Assembly (NCBI GenBank): GCA_009914755.4
Contig: CP068257.2
Coordinates: 8,224,001-8,288,000, forward strand
DNA length: 64,000 bases
Direction: 5' to 3'
DNA from: the human T2T-CHM13v2.0 reference genome, Homo sapiens
Numbering within the stretch: the first letter of the stretch is position 1; every line of letters begins with the position of its first letter. Position numbers and translations under genes: made by a program. This document shows, piece after piece, positions 1 through 15,657 of this stretch. The notes under the pieces are model-generated. The model made no database searches. It had not been told where the DNA came from and saw nothing but the letters and a program-made list of their open reading frames with translations.

Positions 1-3000
1 TTTCCTACTATAGGCCTGAAAGTGCTGCAAATATCCGTTTGCAGATACTGCAAAAAGACTGTTTCCACACTGCTCAATCAAAGGAAATGTCCAACTCTGT
101 GAGTTGAATGCACGCATCTCAAAGAGATTACTTATAATGATTCTGTCTGGTTTTGATGTGAAGATATTTGCTTTTCCACCAGTGGCCTCAAACTCTCCAA
201 ATATCCACTTGCAGATTCTACAATAAGAGTGTTTCAAAACTGCTCAATCAAAAGAAAGGTTCAACACTGTGAGATGAATGCACACGTCACAAAGCACTTT
301 CTTAGAATGCTTCTGTCTAGCTTTTATGTGAAGATATTTCCTTTTTCACCATAGGCTGCAAAGCGCTCCAAATATCCCTTTCAGATTCTACAGAAAGAGT
401 ATTTCAAAACTGTTCAATCAAAAGAGAAACTCAACTCTGGTGATGAATGCACGCATCACAAAGCAGTTTCTCATAATGTTTCTGTCTAGTTTTTATGTGA
501 AGATATTTCATTCTCCACTATAGGCCGTAATGCACTCCTAATATCCACTTGCAGATTCTACAAAAAGACTGTTTGCAAACTGCTCAAACAAAAGAAAAGT
601 TCAACTCTGTGAGTTGAATGAGCACATCACAAAGAAGTTTCTCAGAATGCTTCTGTCTAGTTTTTATGTGAATATATTTCCTTTTCCACTATAGGCCGTC
701 ATGCGCTCCAAATATCCACTTGCAGATTCTACAAAAAGACTGTTTCCAAACTGCTCAATCAAAAGAAAAGCTCAACTCTGTGAGTTGAATGAGCACATCA
801 CAAAGAAGTTTCTCAGAATGCTTCTATCTAGTTTTTATGTGAATATATTTCCTTTTCCACCACAGGCCACAAACCCTCCAAATATCCACTTGAAGATTCT
901 ACAAAAAGAGTGCTTCAAAAATACTCAATCAAAAGAAAGGTTCAACTCTTCGAGATGGACGCACACATCACAAAGAAGCTTCTCAGAATGTTTCTGTCTA
1001 GTTTTTTTGTGAAGATATTTCCTTTTCCACTGAAGTCCTCAAGTCTCTCCAACTATCTACTTTCAGAATCTCCAAAAAGAGTGTTTTAAATCTGCTGTAC
1101 CAAAGAAAGTTTCATGTCTGAGATATGACTGCATACAACACAGAGAACTTTCTCAAAGTGCTTCTGTTTATTTTTCTTATGAAGATATTTCCTTTTCCAC
1201 TATGGGCCACAGAGCGCTCCAAATATCCACTGGCAGATTCTACAAAAAGAGTGTTTCAAAACTGCTCAATCAATAGAAAGTTTGAAGTCTGTGAGATGAA
1301 TGTGCACATCACAAAGGAGTTTCTAAGAATGCTTCCATCTGAATTTTATGTGAGGATATTTCCTTTTTCACCATAGGCCTCAATACACTCCAAATATCCA
1401 TTTACAGATAATACAAATGACTGTATCCAAACTGCTCAATCAAAAGAAAGTTCAACTGTGCATGATGAATGCACACATCACAAGGGTGTTTCTCAGAAAG
1501 ATTTTGTCTTGTTTTTAGGTGAAGATATTTCTTATTTCCCCAGAGGCCTCAATGGGCTCTCAAATATTCCCTTTCATATTCTACTAAATGACTGTATCGA
1601 AGCTGCTCAATCAAAAGACGGGTTTAACAGTGTGAGACGAAAATACACCTTCCTAGGAAGTTTCTCAGAATTCTTCTTTCTAGTTTTTTATGTGAAGATA
1701 TTTCCTTTTCCACTATAGGCCTCAAAGCGTTCCAAATATCCACTTGCAGATACTACAAATAGAGCGTTTCAAAACTGCTCAATCAAAAGAAATGTTCAAC
1801 TCTGTGAGATGAATGCAGACATCAAAAAGAAGTTTCTCAGAATGCTTCCGCGTTGTTTTTATGTGAAGATATTTCCTTTTCCACCATAGGCCTCAAAGCA
1901 CTGGTAATATCCATTTGCAGATACTACAAAAAGACTGTCCCCAAACTGCTCAATAAAAAGAAAGTTTCAACTCTAGGAGATAAAAGCAAATATCACAAAG
2001 AAGTTTCTCAGAAACTTTCTATCTAGTTTTTATGTGAACGTATTTATTATCACCCCATAGACCTCAATCGGCTCACAAGTATCCTTCTGCAGATTGTAAA
2101 AAACTACTGTTTCCAAACCGCTCAATCACAGGAAAGGTTTAACTCTGTGAAATGAATGCATCCATCACAGAGAAGTTTCTCAGAATGCTTCCGTCTCGTT
2201 TCCATGTGAAGAAGATTCCTTTTCCACCATATTCCTCATGCGCTCCAAATAAACACTTGCAGATTCCGCTAAAAGAGTGTTTCAAAACTGCTCAATCAAA
2301 AGAAAGGTTCTAGTCGGTGAGATGAATGCACACATCACAAAGAGGTTTCTATGAATGCTTCTGTCTGATTTATATTGAAGATATATCCTTTTTCACCGTA
2401 GGCCTCAGAGTGCTTAAAATATCCATTTGCAGATAGTAGAAAAGACGGTTTCCAAACTGCTCAATCAAAGTAAAGTTCAACTCAGTGAGATGAATGCACA
2501 CATCACCAAGACGTTTCTGAGAAAGATTCTGTCTCGTTTTTATGTGAAGATATTTCCTGTTTCCCCAGAGGCATCAATGGGCTCACAAATATTCCTTTGC
2601 ATATTCTACAAAATGACTGTTTAGAAGGTGCTCAATCAAAAAAAAAGTTCAACAGTGTGAGATGAATGCGCCCATTCAAAGGAAGTTTCTCAGAATTCTT
2701 CTATCTAGTTTTTATGTGAAGATATTTCCTTTTTCACTATAGGCCACAAAGTGCTCCAAATATCCACTTGCAGACTCTACAAAACGAGTGTATCCACACT
2801 GCTCAATCAAAAGAAAATTTCAACTGTGTGAGATGAATGCACACATCAAAATAAATTTCTCCAAAACTTCTGCCTACTTTTTATGGGAAGATATTTCGTT
2901 TTTCAACGTAGGCCAAAAGCACTCCAAATATCAATTTGCAGATTCTACAAAAAGACTGTTTCCAAACTGCTCAATCAACAGAAAGTTTCAACCCGGTGAG

Positions 3001-3915
3001 TAGAAGTCACACATGACAAAATAGTTTCTCAGAAAGTATCTGTCTAGTTTTTATGTGAAGATATTTCCTATCACCCCAGAAGCCTCAATGGGCTCACAAA
3101 TATTCCTTTGCAGATTCTACAAAACGACAGTTTCAAAACTGCTGAATCAAAAGAAAGGTTCAACTCTGTGAGATGAATGCACAGATCACAAATAAGTTTC
3201 TCAGAATGCTGCTGTCTAGTTTTTATGGGAAGAGATTTCCTTTTCCACCATAGGCCTCAAAGCTCTCCAAATAGCCATTTGCAGATACTGTAAAAAGACT
3301 GTTTCCAAACTGCTGAATCAAAAGAAAGGTTGAACTCCATGAGTTGAATGCACACGTCACAAAGAAGTTTCTCAGAATGCTTCTGACTAGTTTTTATGTG
3401 AAGATATTTTCTTTTCCACCATAGGCCTCAAAGCGCTGAAAATATCCACTTGAAGATTCTACAGAAAGAGAGTTTCAAAACTGCTCAAACAAAAGAAAGA
3501 TTCAACTCTGTGAGATGAATGCACACATCACAAAGAAGTTTCTCAGAATGCTTCTGTCTAGTTTTATGTAAAGATATTTCCTTTTCTACTATAGGCCACA
3601 AAGCATTCCAAATATCAACTTGCAGATTCTGCAGAAAGAGTTTTTCAAAGCTGCTCAATCAAAAGAAAAGTTCAACTCTTTGAGATGAATGCACACATCA
3701 TGAAGTTCCTCAGAATGCTTCTATTTTTATGTGAAGATATATCCTTTTCTACCATAGACCACAAAACTCTCCAAATATCCCCTTGCAGTTTCTACTAAAA
3801 GAGTGTTTCCAAACTGCTCAATCAAAAGAAAGTTTCAACTCTGTGAGATGAATGCACACATCATTAAGAAGTTTCTCAGTAATTTTCTGTCTAGTTTTTA
3901 TGTGAAGATATTTCC
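1..3915. repeat. HOR copy 1 (phase set arbitrarily at the window start)
   Basis: Bases 1-180 differ from 3916-4095 at about 1 position in 180. Confidence 0.85.
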
Positions 3916-6900
3916 TTTCCTACTATAGGCCTGAAAGTGCTGCAAATATCCGTTTGCAGATACTGCAAAAAGACTGTTTCCACACTGCTCAATCAAAGGA
4001 AATGTCCAACTCTGTGAGTTGAATGCACGCATCTCAAAGAGATTACTTATAATGATTCTGTCTAGTTTTGATGTGAAGATATTTGCTTTTCCACCAGTGG
4101 CCTCAAACTCTCCAAATATCCACTTGCAGATTCTACAATAAGAGTGTTTCAAAACTGCTCAATCAAAAGAAAGGTTCAACACTGTGAGATGAATGCACAC
4201 GTCACAAAGCACTTTCTTAGAATGCTTCTGTCTAGCTTTTATGTGAAGATATTTCCTTTTTCACCATAGGCTGCAAAGCGCTCCAAATATCCCTTTCAGA
4301 TTCTACAGAAAGAGTGTTTCAAAACTGTTCAATCAAAAGAGAAACTCAACACTGGTGATGAATGCACGCATCACAAAGCAGTTTCTCATAATGTTTCTGT
4401 CTAGTTTTTATGTGAAGATATTTCATTCTCCACTATAGGCCGTAATGCACTCCTAATATCCACTTGCAGATTCTACAAAAAGACTGTTTGCAAACTGCTC
4501 AAACAAAAGAAAAGTTCAACTCTGTGAGTTGAATGAGCACATCACAAAGAAGTTTCTCAGAATGCTTCTGTCTAGTTTTTATGTGAATATATTTCCTTTT
4601 CCACTATAGGCCGTCATGCGCTCCAAATATCCACTTGCAGATTCTACAAAAAGACTGTTTCCAAACTGCTCAATCAAAAGAAAAGCTCAACTCTGTGAGG
4701 TGAATGAGCACATCCCAAAGAAGTTCCTCAGAATGCTTCTATCTAGTTTTTATGTGAATATATTTGCTTTTCCACCACAGGCCACAAACCCTCCAAATAT
4801 CCACTTGAAGATTCTACAAAAAGAGTGCCTCAAAAATGCGCAATCAAAAGAAAGGTTCAACTCTTCGAGATGGACGCACACATCACAAAGAAGCTTCTCA
4901 GAATGTTTCTGTCTAGTTTTTTTGTAAAGATATTTCCTTTTCCACCGTAGTCCTCAAGTCTCTCCAAATATCTACTTTCAGAATCTCCAAAAAGAGTGTT
5001 TTAAAACTGCTGTACCAAAGAAAGTTTCATGTCGGAGATATGACTGCATACAACACAGAGAACTTTCTCAAAGTGCTTCTGTTTATTTTTCTTATGAAGA
5101 TATTTCCTTTTCCACTATGGGCCACAGAGTGCTCCAAATATCCACTGGCAGATTCTACAAAAAGGGTGTTTCAAAACTGCTCAATCAATAGAAAGTTTGA
5201 AGTCTGTGAGATGAATGTACACATCACAAAGGAGTTTCTAAGAATGCTTCCATCTGAATTTTATGTGAGGATATTTCCTTTTTCACCATAGGCCTCAGTA
5301 CACTCCAAATATCCATTTACAGATAATACAAATGACTGTATCCAAACTGCTCAATCAAAAGAAAGTTCAACTGTGTATGATGAATGCACACATCACAAGG
5401 GTGTTTCTCAGAAAGATTTTGTGTAGTTTTTAGGTGAAGATATTTCTTATTTCCCCAGAGGCCTCAATGGGCTCTCAAATATTCCCTTTCATATTCTACT
5501 AAATGACTGTATCGAAGCTGCTCAATCAAAAGACGGGTTTAACAGTGTGAGACGAAAATACACCTTCCTAGGAAGTTTCTCAGAATTCTTATTTCTAGTT
5601 TTTTATGTGAAGATATTTCCTTTTCCACTATAGGCCTCAAAGCGTTCCAAATATCCACTTGCAGAAACTACAAATAGAGCTTCTCAAAACTGCTCAATCA
5701 AAAGAAAGGTTCAACACTGTGAGATGAATGCAGATATCAAAAAGAAGTTTCTCAGAATGCTTCCGCGTTGTTTTTATGTGAAGATATTTCCTTTTCCACC
5801 ATAGGCCTCAAAGCACTGGTAATATCCATTTGCAGATACTACAAAAAGACTGTCCCCAAACTGCTCAATAAAAAGAAAGTTTCAACTCTAGGAGATAAAA
5901 GCAAATATCACAAAGAAGTTTCTCAGAAACTTTCTATCTAGTTTTTATGTGAACGTATTTATTATCACCCCATAGACCTCAATCGGCTCACAAGTATCCT
6001 TCTGCAGATTGTAAAAAACTACTGTTTCCAAACTGCTCAATCACAGGAAAGGTTTAACTCTGTGAAATGAATGCATCCATCACAGAGAAGTTTCTCAGAA
6101 TGCTTCCGTCTCGTTTCCATGTGAAGAAGATTCCTTTTCCACCATATTCCTCATGCGCTCCAAATAAACACTTGCAGATTCCGCTAAAAGAGTGTTTCAA
6201 AACTGCTCAATCAAAAGAAAGGTTCTAGTCGGTGAGATGAATGCCCACATCACAAAGAGGTTTCTATGAATGCTTCTGTCTGATTTATATTGAAGATATT
6301 TCCTTTTTCACCGTAGGCCTCAGAGTGCTTAAAATATCCATTTGCAGATAGTAGAAAAGACGGTTTCCAAACTGCTCAATCAAAGTAAAGTTCAACTCAG
6401 TGAGATGAATGCACACATCACCAAGACGTTTCTGAGAAAGATTCTGTCTCGTTTTTATGTGAAGATATTTCCTGTTTCCCCAGAGGCATCAATGGGCTCA
6501 CAAATATTCCTTTGCATATTCTACAAAATGACTGTTTAGAAGGTGCTCAATCAAAAAAAAAGTTCAACAGTGTGAGATGAATGCGCCCATTCAAAGGAAG
6601 TTTCTCAGAATTCTTCTATCTAGTTTTTATGTGAAGATATTTCCTTTTTCACTATAGGCCACAAAGTGCTCCAAATATCCACTTGCAGACTCTACAAAAC
6701 GAGTGTATCCACACTGCTCAATCAAAAGAAAATTTCAACTGTGTGAGATGAATGCACACATCAAAATAAATTTCTCCAAAACTTCTGCCTACTTTTTATG
6801 GGAAGATATTTCGTTTTTCAACGTAGGCCAAAAGCACTCCAAATATCAATTTGCAGATTCTACAAAAAGACTGTTTCCAAACTGCTCAATCAACAGAAAG

Positions 6901-7830
6901 TTTCAACCCGGTGAGTAGAAGTCACACATGACAAAATAGTTTCTCAGAAAGTATCTGTCTAGTTTTTATGTGAAGATATTTCCTATCACCCCAGAAGCCT
7001 CAATGGGCTCACAAATATTCCTTTGCAGATTCTACAAAACGACAGTTTCAAAACTGCTGAATCAAAAGAAAGGTTCAACTCTGTGAGATGAATGCACAGA
7101 TCACAAATAAGTTTCTCAGAATGCTGCTGTCTAGTTTTTATGGGAAGAGATTTCCTTTTCCACCATAGGCCTCAAAGCTCTCCAAATAGCCATTTGCAGA
7201 TACTGTAAAAAGACTGTTTCCAAACTGCTGAATCAAAAGAAAGGTTGAACTCCATGAGTTGAATGCACACGTCACAAAGAAGTTTCTCAGAATGCTTCTG
7301 TCTAGTTTTTATGGGAAGATATTTTCTTTTCCACCATAGGCCTCAAAGCGCTGAAAATATCCACTTGAAGATTCTACAGAAAGAGAGTTTCAAAACTGCT
7401 CAAACAAAAGAAAGATTCAACTCTGTGAGATGAATGCACACATCACAAAGAAGTTTCTCAGAATGCTTCTGTCTAGTTTTATGTAAAGATATTTCCTTTT
7501 CTACTATAGGCCACAAAGCACTCCAAATATCAACTTGCAGATTCTGCAGAAAGAGTTTTTCAAAGCTGCTCAATCAAAAGAAAAGTTCAACTCTTTGAGA
7601 TGAATGCACACATCATGAAGTTCCTCAGAATGCTTCTATTTTTATGTGAAGATATATCCTTTTCTACCATAGACCACAAAACGCTCCAAATATCCCCTTG
7701 CAGTTTCTACTAAAAGAGTGTTTCCAAACGGCTCAATCAAAAGAAAGTTTCAACTCTGTGAGATAAATGCACACATCATTAAGAAGTTTCTCAGTAATTT
7801 TCTGTCTAGTTTTTATGTGAAGATATTTCC
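3916..7830. repeat. HOR copy 2
   Basis: 3,915-bp offset from copy 1. Anchors 3898/7813 and 4616/8531 recur. Confidence 0.85.
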
Positions 7831-10800
7831 TTTCCTACTATAGGCCTGAAAGTGCTGCAAATATCCGTTTGCAGATACTGCAAAAAGACTGTTTCCACAC
7901 TGCTCAATCAAAGGAAATGTCCAACTCTGTGAGTTGAATGCACGCATCACAGAGAGATTATTTCTAATGATTCTGTCTAGTTTTGATGTGAAGATATTTG
8001 CTTTTCCACCAGTGGCCTCAAACTCTCCAAATATCCACTTGCAGATTCTACAATAAGAGTGTTTCAAAACTGCTCAATCAAAGAAAGGTTCAACACTGTG
8101 AGATGAATGCACACGTCACAAAGCACTTTCTTAGAATGCTTCTGTCTAGCTTTTATGTGAAGATATTTCCTTTTTCACCATAGGCTGCAAAGCGCTCCAA
8201 ATATCCCTTTCAGATTCTACAGAAAGAGTGTTTCAAAACTGTTCAATCAAAAGAGAAACTCAACTCTGGTGATGAATGCACGCATCACAAAGCAGTTTCT
8301 CATAATGTTTCTGTCTAGTTTTTATGTGAAGATATTTCATTCTCCACTATAGGCCGTAATGCACTCCTAATATCCACTTGCAGATTCTACAAAAAGACTG
8401 TTTGCAAACTGCTCAAACAAAAGAAAAGTTCAACTCTGTGAGTTGAATGAGCACATCACAAAGAAGTTTCTCAGAATGCTTCTGTCTAGTTTTTATGTGA
8501 ATATATTTCCTTTTCCACTATAGGCCGTCATGCGCTCCAAATATCCACTTGCAGATTCTACAAAAAGACTGTTTCCAAGCTGCTCAATCAAAAGAAAAGC
8601 TCAACTCTGTTAGTTGAATGAGCACATCCCAAAGAAGTTCCTCAGAGTGCTTCTATCTAGTTTTTATGTGAATATATTTGCTTTTCCACCACAGGCCACA
8701 AACCCTCCAAATATCCACTTGAAGATTCTACAAAAAGAGTGCCTCAAAAATGCGCAATCAAAACAAAGGTTCAACTCTTCGAGATGGACGCACACAACAC
8801 AAAGAAGCTTCTCAGAATGTTTCTGTCTGGTTTTTTTGTGAAGATATTTCCTTTTCCACCGTAGTCCTCAAGTCTCTCCAAATATCTACTTTCAGAATCT
8901 CCAAAAAGAGTGTTTTAAAACTGCTGTACCAAAGAAAGTTTCATGTCGGAGATATGACTGCATACAACACAGAGAACTTTCTCAAAGTGCTTCTGTTTAT
9001 TTTTCTTATGAAGATATTTCCTTTTCCACTATGGGCCACAGAGTGCTCCAAATATCCACTGGCAGATTCTACAAAAAGGGTGTTTCAAAACTGCTCAATC
9101 AATAGAAAGTTTGAAGTCTGTGAGATGAATGTACACATCACAAAGGAGTTTCTAAGAATGCTTCCATCTGAATTTTATGTGAGGATATTTCCTTTTTCAC
9201 CATAGGCCTCAGTACACTCCAAATATCCATTTACAGATAATACAAATGACTGTATCCAAACTGCTCAATCAAAAGAAAGTTCAACTCTGTATGATGAATG
9301 CACACATCACAAGGGTGTTTCTCAGAAAGATTTTGTCTAGTTTTTAGGTGAAGATATTTCTTATTTCCCCAGAGGCCTCAATGGGCTCTCAAATATTCCC
9401 TTTCATATTCTACTAAATGACTGTATCGAAGCTGCTCAATCAAAAGACGGGTTTAACAGTGTGAGACGAAAATACACCTTCCTAGGAAGTTTCTCAGAAT
9501 TCTTCTTTCTAGTTTTTTATGTGAAGATATTTCCTTTTCCACTATAGGCCTCAAAGCGTTCCAAATATCCAATTGCAGATACTACAAATAGAGCGTTTCA
9601 AAACTGCTCAATCAAAAGAAAGGTTCAACTCTGTGAGATGAATGCAGACATCAAAAAGAAGTTTCTCAGCATGCTTCCGCCTTGTTTTTATGTGAAGATA
9701 TTTCCTTTTCCACCATAGGTCTCAAAGCACTGGTAATATCCATTTGCAGATACTACAAAAAGACTGTCCCCAAACTGCTCAATAAAAAGAAAGTTTCAAC
9801 TCTAGGAGTTAAAAGCAAATATCACAAAGAAGTTTCTCAGAAACTTTCTATCTAGTTTTTATGTGAACGTATTTCTTATCACCCCATAGACCTCAATCGG
9901 CTCACAAGTATCCTTCTGCAGATTGTAAAAAACTACTGTTTCCAAACTGCTCAATCTCAGGAAAGGTTTAACTTTGTGAGATGAATGCATCCATCACAGA
10001 GAAGTTTCTCAGAATGCTTCTGTCTCGTTTCCATGTGAAGAAGATTCCTTTTCCACCATATTCCTCATGCGCTCCAAATAAACACTTGCAGATTCCGCTA
10101 AAAGAGTGTTTCAAAACTGCTCAATCAAAAGAAAGGTTCTAGTCGGTGAGATGAATGCACACATCACAAAGAGGTTTCTATGAATGCTTCTGTCTGATTT
10201 ATATTGAAGATATATCCTTTTTCACCGTAGGCCTCAGAGTGCTTAAAATATCCATTTGCAGATAGTAGAAAAGACGGTTTCCAAACTGCTCAATCAAAGT
10301 AAAGTTCAACTCAGTGAGATGAATGCACACATCACCAAGACGTTTCTGAGAAAGATTCTGTCTCGTTTTTATGTGAAGATATTTCCTGTTTCCCCAGAGG
10401 CATCAATGAGCTCACAAATATTCCTTTGCATATTCTACAAAATGACTGTTTAGAAGGTGCTCAATCAAAAAAAAAGTTCAACAGTGTGAGATGAATGCGC
10501 CCATTCAAAGGAAGTTTCTCAGAATTCTTCTATCTAGTTTTTATGTGAAGATATTTCCTTTTTCACTATAGGCCACAAAGTGCTCCAAATATCCACTTGC
10601 AGACTCTACAAAACGAGTGTATCCACACTGCTCAATCAAAAGAAAATTTCAACTGTGTGAGATGAATGCACACATCAAAATAAATTTCTCCAAAACTTCT
10701 GCCTACTTTTTATGGGAAGATATTTCGTTTTTCAACGTAGGCCAAAAGCACTCCAAATATCAATTTGCAGATTCTACAAAAAGACTGTTTCCAAACTGCT

Positions 10801-11744
10801 CAATCAACAGAAAGTTTCAACCCAGTGAGTAGAAGTCACACATGACAAAATAGTTTCTCAGAAAGTATCTGTCTAGTTTTTATGTGAAGATATTTCCTAT
10901 CACCCCAGAAGCCTCAATGGGCTCACAAATATTCCTTTGCAGATTCTACAAAACGACAGTTTCAAAACTGCTGAATCAAAAGAAAGGTTCAACTCTGTGA
11001 GATGAATGCACAGATCACAAATAAGTTTCTCAGAATGCTGCTGTCTAGTTTTTATGGGAAGAGATTTCCTTTTCCACCATAGGCCTCAAAGCTCTCCAAA
11101 TAGCCATTTGCAGATACTGTAAAAAGACTGTTTCCAAACTGCTGAATCAAAAGAAAGGTTGAACTCCATGAGTTGAATGCACACGTCACAAAGAAGTTTC
11201 TCAGAATGCTTCTGACTAGTTTTTATGTGAAGATATTTTCTTTTCCACCATAGGCCTCAAAGCGCTGAAAATATCCACTTGAAGATTCTACAGAAAGAGA
11301 GTTTCAAAACTGCTCAAACAAAAGAAAGATTCAACTCTGTGAGATGAATGCACACATCACAAAGAAGTTTCTCAGAATGCTTCTGTCTAGTTTTATGTAA
11401 AGATATTTCCTTTTCTACTCTAGGCCACAAAGCACTCCAAATATCAACTTGCAGATTCTGCAGAAAGAGTTTTTCAAAGCTGCTCAATCAAAAGAAAAGT
11501 TCAACACTTTGAGATGAATGCACACATCATGAAGTTCCTCAGAATGCTTCTATTTTTATGTGAAGATATATCCTTTTCTACCATAGACCACAAAACGCTC
11601 CAAATATCCCCTTGCAGTTTCTACTAAAAGAGTGTTTCCAAACGGCTCAATCAAAAGAAAGTTTCAACTCTGTGAGATGAATGCACACATCATTAAGAAG
11701 TTTCTCAGTAATTTTCTGTCTAGTTTTTATGTGAAGATATTTCC
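7831..11744. repeat. HOR copy 3
   Basis: Minus-frame ORF anchors at 7813 and 11727 are 3,914 bp apart. Confidence 0.85.
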
Positions 11745-14700
11745 TTTCCTACTATAGGCCTGAAAGTGCTGCAAATATCCGTTTGCAGATACTGCAAAAA
11801 GACTGTTTCCACACTGCTCAATCAAAGGAAATGTCCAACTCTGTGAGTTGAATGCATGCATCTCAAAGAGATTACTTATAATGATTCTGACTAGTTTTGA
11901 TGTGAAGATATTTGCTTTTCCACCAGTGGCCTCAAACTCTCCAAATATCCACTTGCAGATTCTACAATAAGAGTGTTTCAAAACTGCTCAATCAAAAGAA
12001 AGGTTCAACACTGTGAGATGAATGCACACGTCACAAAGCACTTTCTTAAAATGCTTCTGTCTAGCTTTTATGTGAAGATATTTCCTTTTTCACCATAGGC
12101 TGCAAAGCGCTCCAAATATCCCTTTCAGATTCTACAGAAAGAGAGTTTCAAAACTGTTCAATCAAAAGAGAAACTCAACTCTGGTGATGAATGCACGCAT
12201 CACAAAGCAGTTTCTCATAATATTTCTGTCTAGTTTTTATGTGAAGATATTTCATTCTCCACTATAGGCCGTAATGCACTCCTAATATCCACTTGCAGAT
12301 TCTACAAAAAGACTGTTTGCAAACTGCTCAAACAAAAGAAAAGTTCAACTCTGTGAGTTGAATGAGCACATCACAAAGAAGTTTCTCAGAATGCTTCTGT
12401 CTAGTTTTTATGTGAATATATTTCCTTTTCCACTATAGGCCGTCATGCGCTCCAAATATCCACTTGCAGATTCTACAAAAAGACTGTTTCCAAACTGCTC
12501 AGTCAAAAGAAAAGCTCAAATCTGTGAGTTGAATGAGCACATCCCAAAGAAGTTCTTCAGAATGCTTCTATCTAGTTTTTATGTGAATATATTTGCTTTT
12601 CCACCACAGGCCACAAACCCTCCAAATATCCACTTGAAGATTCTACAAAAAGAGTGCTTCAAAAATGCGCAATCAAAAGAAAGGTTCAACTCTTCGAGAT
12701 GGACGCACACATCACAAAGAAGCTTCCCAGAATGTTTCTGTCTAGTTTTATTGTGAAGATATTTCCTTTTCCACCGTAGTCCTCAAGTCTCTCCAAATAT
12801 CTACTTTCAGAATCTCCAAAAAGAGTGTTTTAAAACTGCTGTACCAAAGAAAGTTTCATGTCTGAGATATGACTGCATACAACACAGAGAACTTTCTCAA
12901 AGTGCTTCTGTTTATTTTTCTTATGAAGATATTTCCTTTTCCACTATGGGCCACAGAGTGCTCCAAATATCCACTGGCAGATTCTACAAAAAGGGTGTTT
13001 CAAAACTGCTCAATCAATAGAAAGTTTGAAGTCTGTGAGATGAATGTACACATCACAAAGGAGTTTCTAAGAATGCTTCCATCTGAATTTTATGTGAGGA
13101 TATTTCCTTTTTCACCATAGGCCTCAGTACACTCCAAATATCCATTTACAGATAATACAAATGACTGTATCCAAACTGCTCAATCAAAAGAAAGTTCAAC
13201 TCTGTATGATGAATGCACACATCACAAGGGTGTTTCTCAGAAAGATTTTGTCTAGTTTTTAGGTGAAGATATTTCTTATTTCCCCAGAGGCCTCAATGGG
13301 CTCTCAAATATTCCCTTTCATATTCTACTAAATGACTGTATCGAAGCTGCTCAATCAAAAGACGGGTTTAACAGTGTGAGACGAAAATACACCTTCCTAG
13401 GAAGTTTCTCAGAATTCTTCTTTCTAGTTTTTTATGTGAAGATATTTCCTTTTCCACTATAGGCCTCAAAGCGTTCCAAATATCCACTTGCAGATACTAC
13501 AAATAGAGCGTTTCAAAACTGCTCAATCAAAAGAAAGGTTCAACTCTGTGAGATGAATGCAGACATCAAAAAAACTTTCTCAGAATGCTTCCGCCTTGTT
13601 TTTATGTGAAGATATTTCCTTTTTCACCATAGGCCTCAAAGCACTGGTAATATCCATTTGCAGATACTACAAAAAGACTGTTCCCAAACTGCTCAATAAA
13701 AAGAAATTTTCAACTCTATGAGATAAAAGCTAATATCACAAAGAAGTTTCTCAGAAACTTTCTATCTAGTTTTTATGTGAACATATTTCTTATCACCCCA
13801 TAGACCTCAATCGGCTCACAAGTATCCTTCTGCAGATTGTAAAAAACTACTGTTTCCAAACCGCTCAATCACAGGAAAGGTTTAACTCTGTGAAATGAAT
13901 GCATCCATCACAGAGAAGTTTCTCAGAATGCTTCCGTCTCGTTTTCATGTGAAGAAGATTCCTTTTCCACCATATTCCTCATGCGCTCCAAATAAACACT
14001 TGCAGATTCCGCTAAAAGAGTGTTTCAAAACTGCTCAATCAAAAGAAAGGTTCTAGTCGGTGAGATGAATGCACACATCCCAAAGAAGTTTCTATGAATG
14101 CTTCTGTCTGATTTATATTGAAGATATTTCCTTTTTCACCGTAGGCCTCAGAGTGCTTAAAATATCCATTTGCAGATACTAGAAAAGACTGTTTCCAAAC
14201 TGCTCAATCAAAGTAAAGTTCAACTCAGTGAGATGAATGCACACATCACCAAGACGTCTCTGAGAAAGATTCTGTCTCGTTTTTATGTGAAGATATTTCC
14301 TGTTTCCCCAGAGGCATCAATGGGCTCACAAATATTCCTTTGCATATTCTACAAAATGACTGTTTAGAAGGTGCTCAATCAAAAAAAAAGTTCAACAGTG
14401 TGAGATGAATGCGCCCATTCAAAGGAAGTTTCTCAGAATTCTTCTATCTAGTTTTTATGTGAAGATATTTCCTTTTTCACTATAGGCCACAAAGTGCTCC
14501 AAATATCCACTTGCAGACTCTACAAAACGAGTGTATCCACACTGCACAATCAAAAGAATATTTCAACTGTGTGAGATGAATGCACACATCTAAATAAATT
14601 TCTCCAAAACTTCTGCCTACTTTTTATGGGAAGATATTTCGTTTTTCAACGTAGGCCAAAAGCACTCCAAATATCAATTTGCAGATTCTACAAAAAGACT

Positions 14701-15657
14701 GTTTCCAAACTGCTCAATCAAGAGAAAGTTTCAACCCAGTGAGTAGAAGTCACACATGACAAAATAGTTTCTCAGAAAGTATCTGTCTAGTTTTTATGTG
14801 AAGATATTTCCTATCACCCCAGAAGCCTCAATGGTCTCACAAATATTCCTTTGCAGATTCTACAAAACGACAGTTTCAAAACTGCTGAATCAAAAGAAAG
14901 GTTCAACTCTGTGAGATTAATGCACAGATCACAAATAAGTTTCTCAGAATGCTGCTGTCTAGTTTTTATCGGAAGAGATTTCCTTTTCCACCATAGGCCT
15001 CAAAGCTCTCCAAATAGCCATTTGCAGATACTGTAAAAAGACTGTTTCCAAACTGCTGAATCAAAAGAAAGGTTGAACTCCATGAGTTGAATGCACACGT
15101 CACAAAGAAGTTTCTCAGAATGCTTCTGACTAGTTTTTATGTGAAGATATTTTCTTTTCCACCGTAGGCCTCAAAGCGCTGAAAATATCCACTTGAAGAT
15201 TCTACCAAAAGAGAGTTTCAAAACTGCTCAAACAAAAGAAAGATTGAACTCTGTGAGATGAATGCACACATCACAAAGAAGTTTCTCAGAATGCTTCTGT
15301 CTAGTTTTATGTAAAGATATTTCCTTTTCTACTATAGGCCACAAAGCACTCCAAATATCAACTTGCAGATTCTGCAGAAAGAGTTTTTCAAAGCTGCTCA
15401 ATCAAAAGAAAAGTTCAACTCTTTGAGATGAATGCACACATCATGAAGTTCCTCAGAATGCTTCTATTTTTATGTGAAGATATATCCTTTTCTACCATAG
15501 ACCACAAAACGCTCCAAATATCCCCTTGCAGTTTCTACTAAAAGAGTGTTTCCAAACGGCTCAATCAAAAGAAGTTTCAACTCTGTGAGATGAATGCACA
15601 CATCATTAAGAAGTTTCTCAGTAATTTTCTGTCTAGTTTTTATGTGAAGATATTTCC
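11745..15657. repeat. HOR copy 4
   Basis: Anchors at 11727 and 15640 are 3,913 bp apart. Confidence 0.85.

Noticed and set aside
2881-2905. CENP-B-box-like string atttcgtttttcaacgtaggcc. It recurs once per HOR unit, for example at about 6800, 10715, 14640, 18540 and 20260.
   Set aside because: Aligned to the reverse-complemented box (ttcccgtttccaacgaagg) it lacks the essential CCCG core and the CGAA core (it reads tcgt and cgta). It is a degenerate relic, not a functional box.
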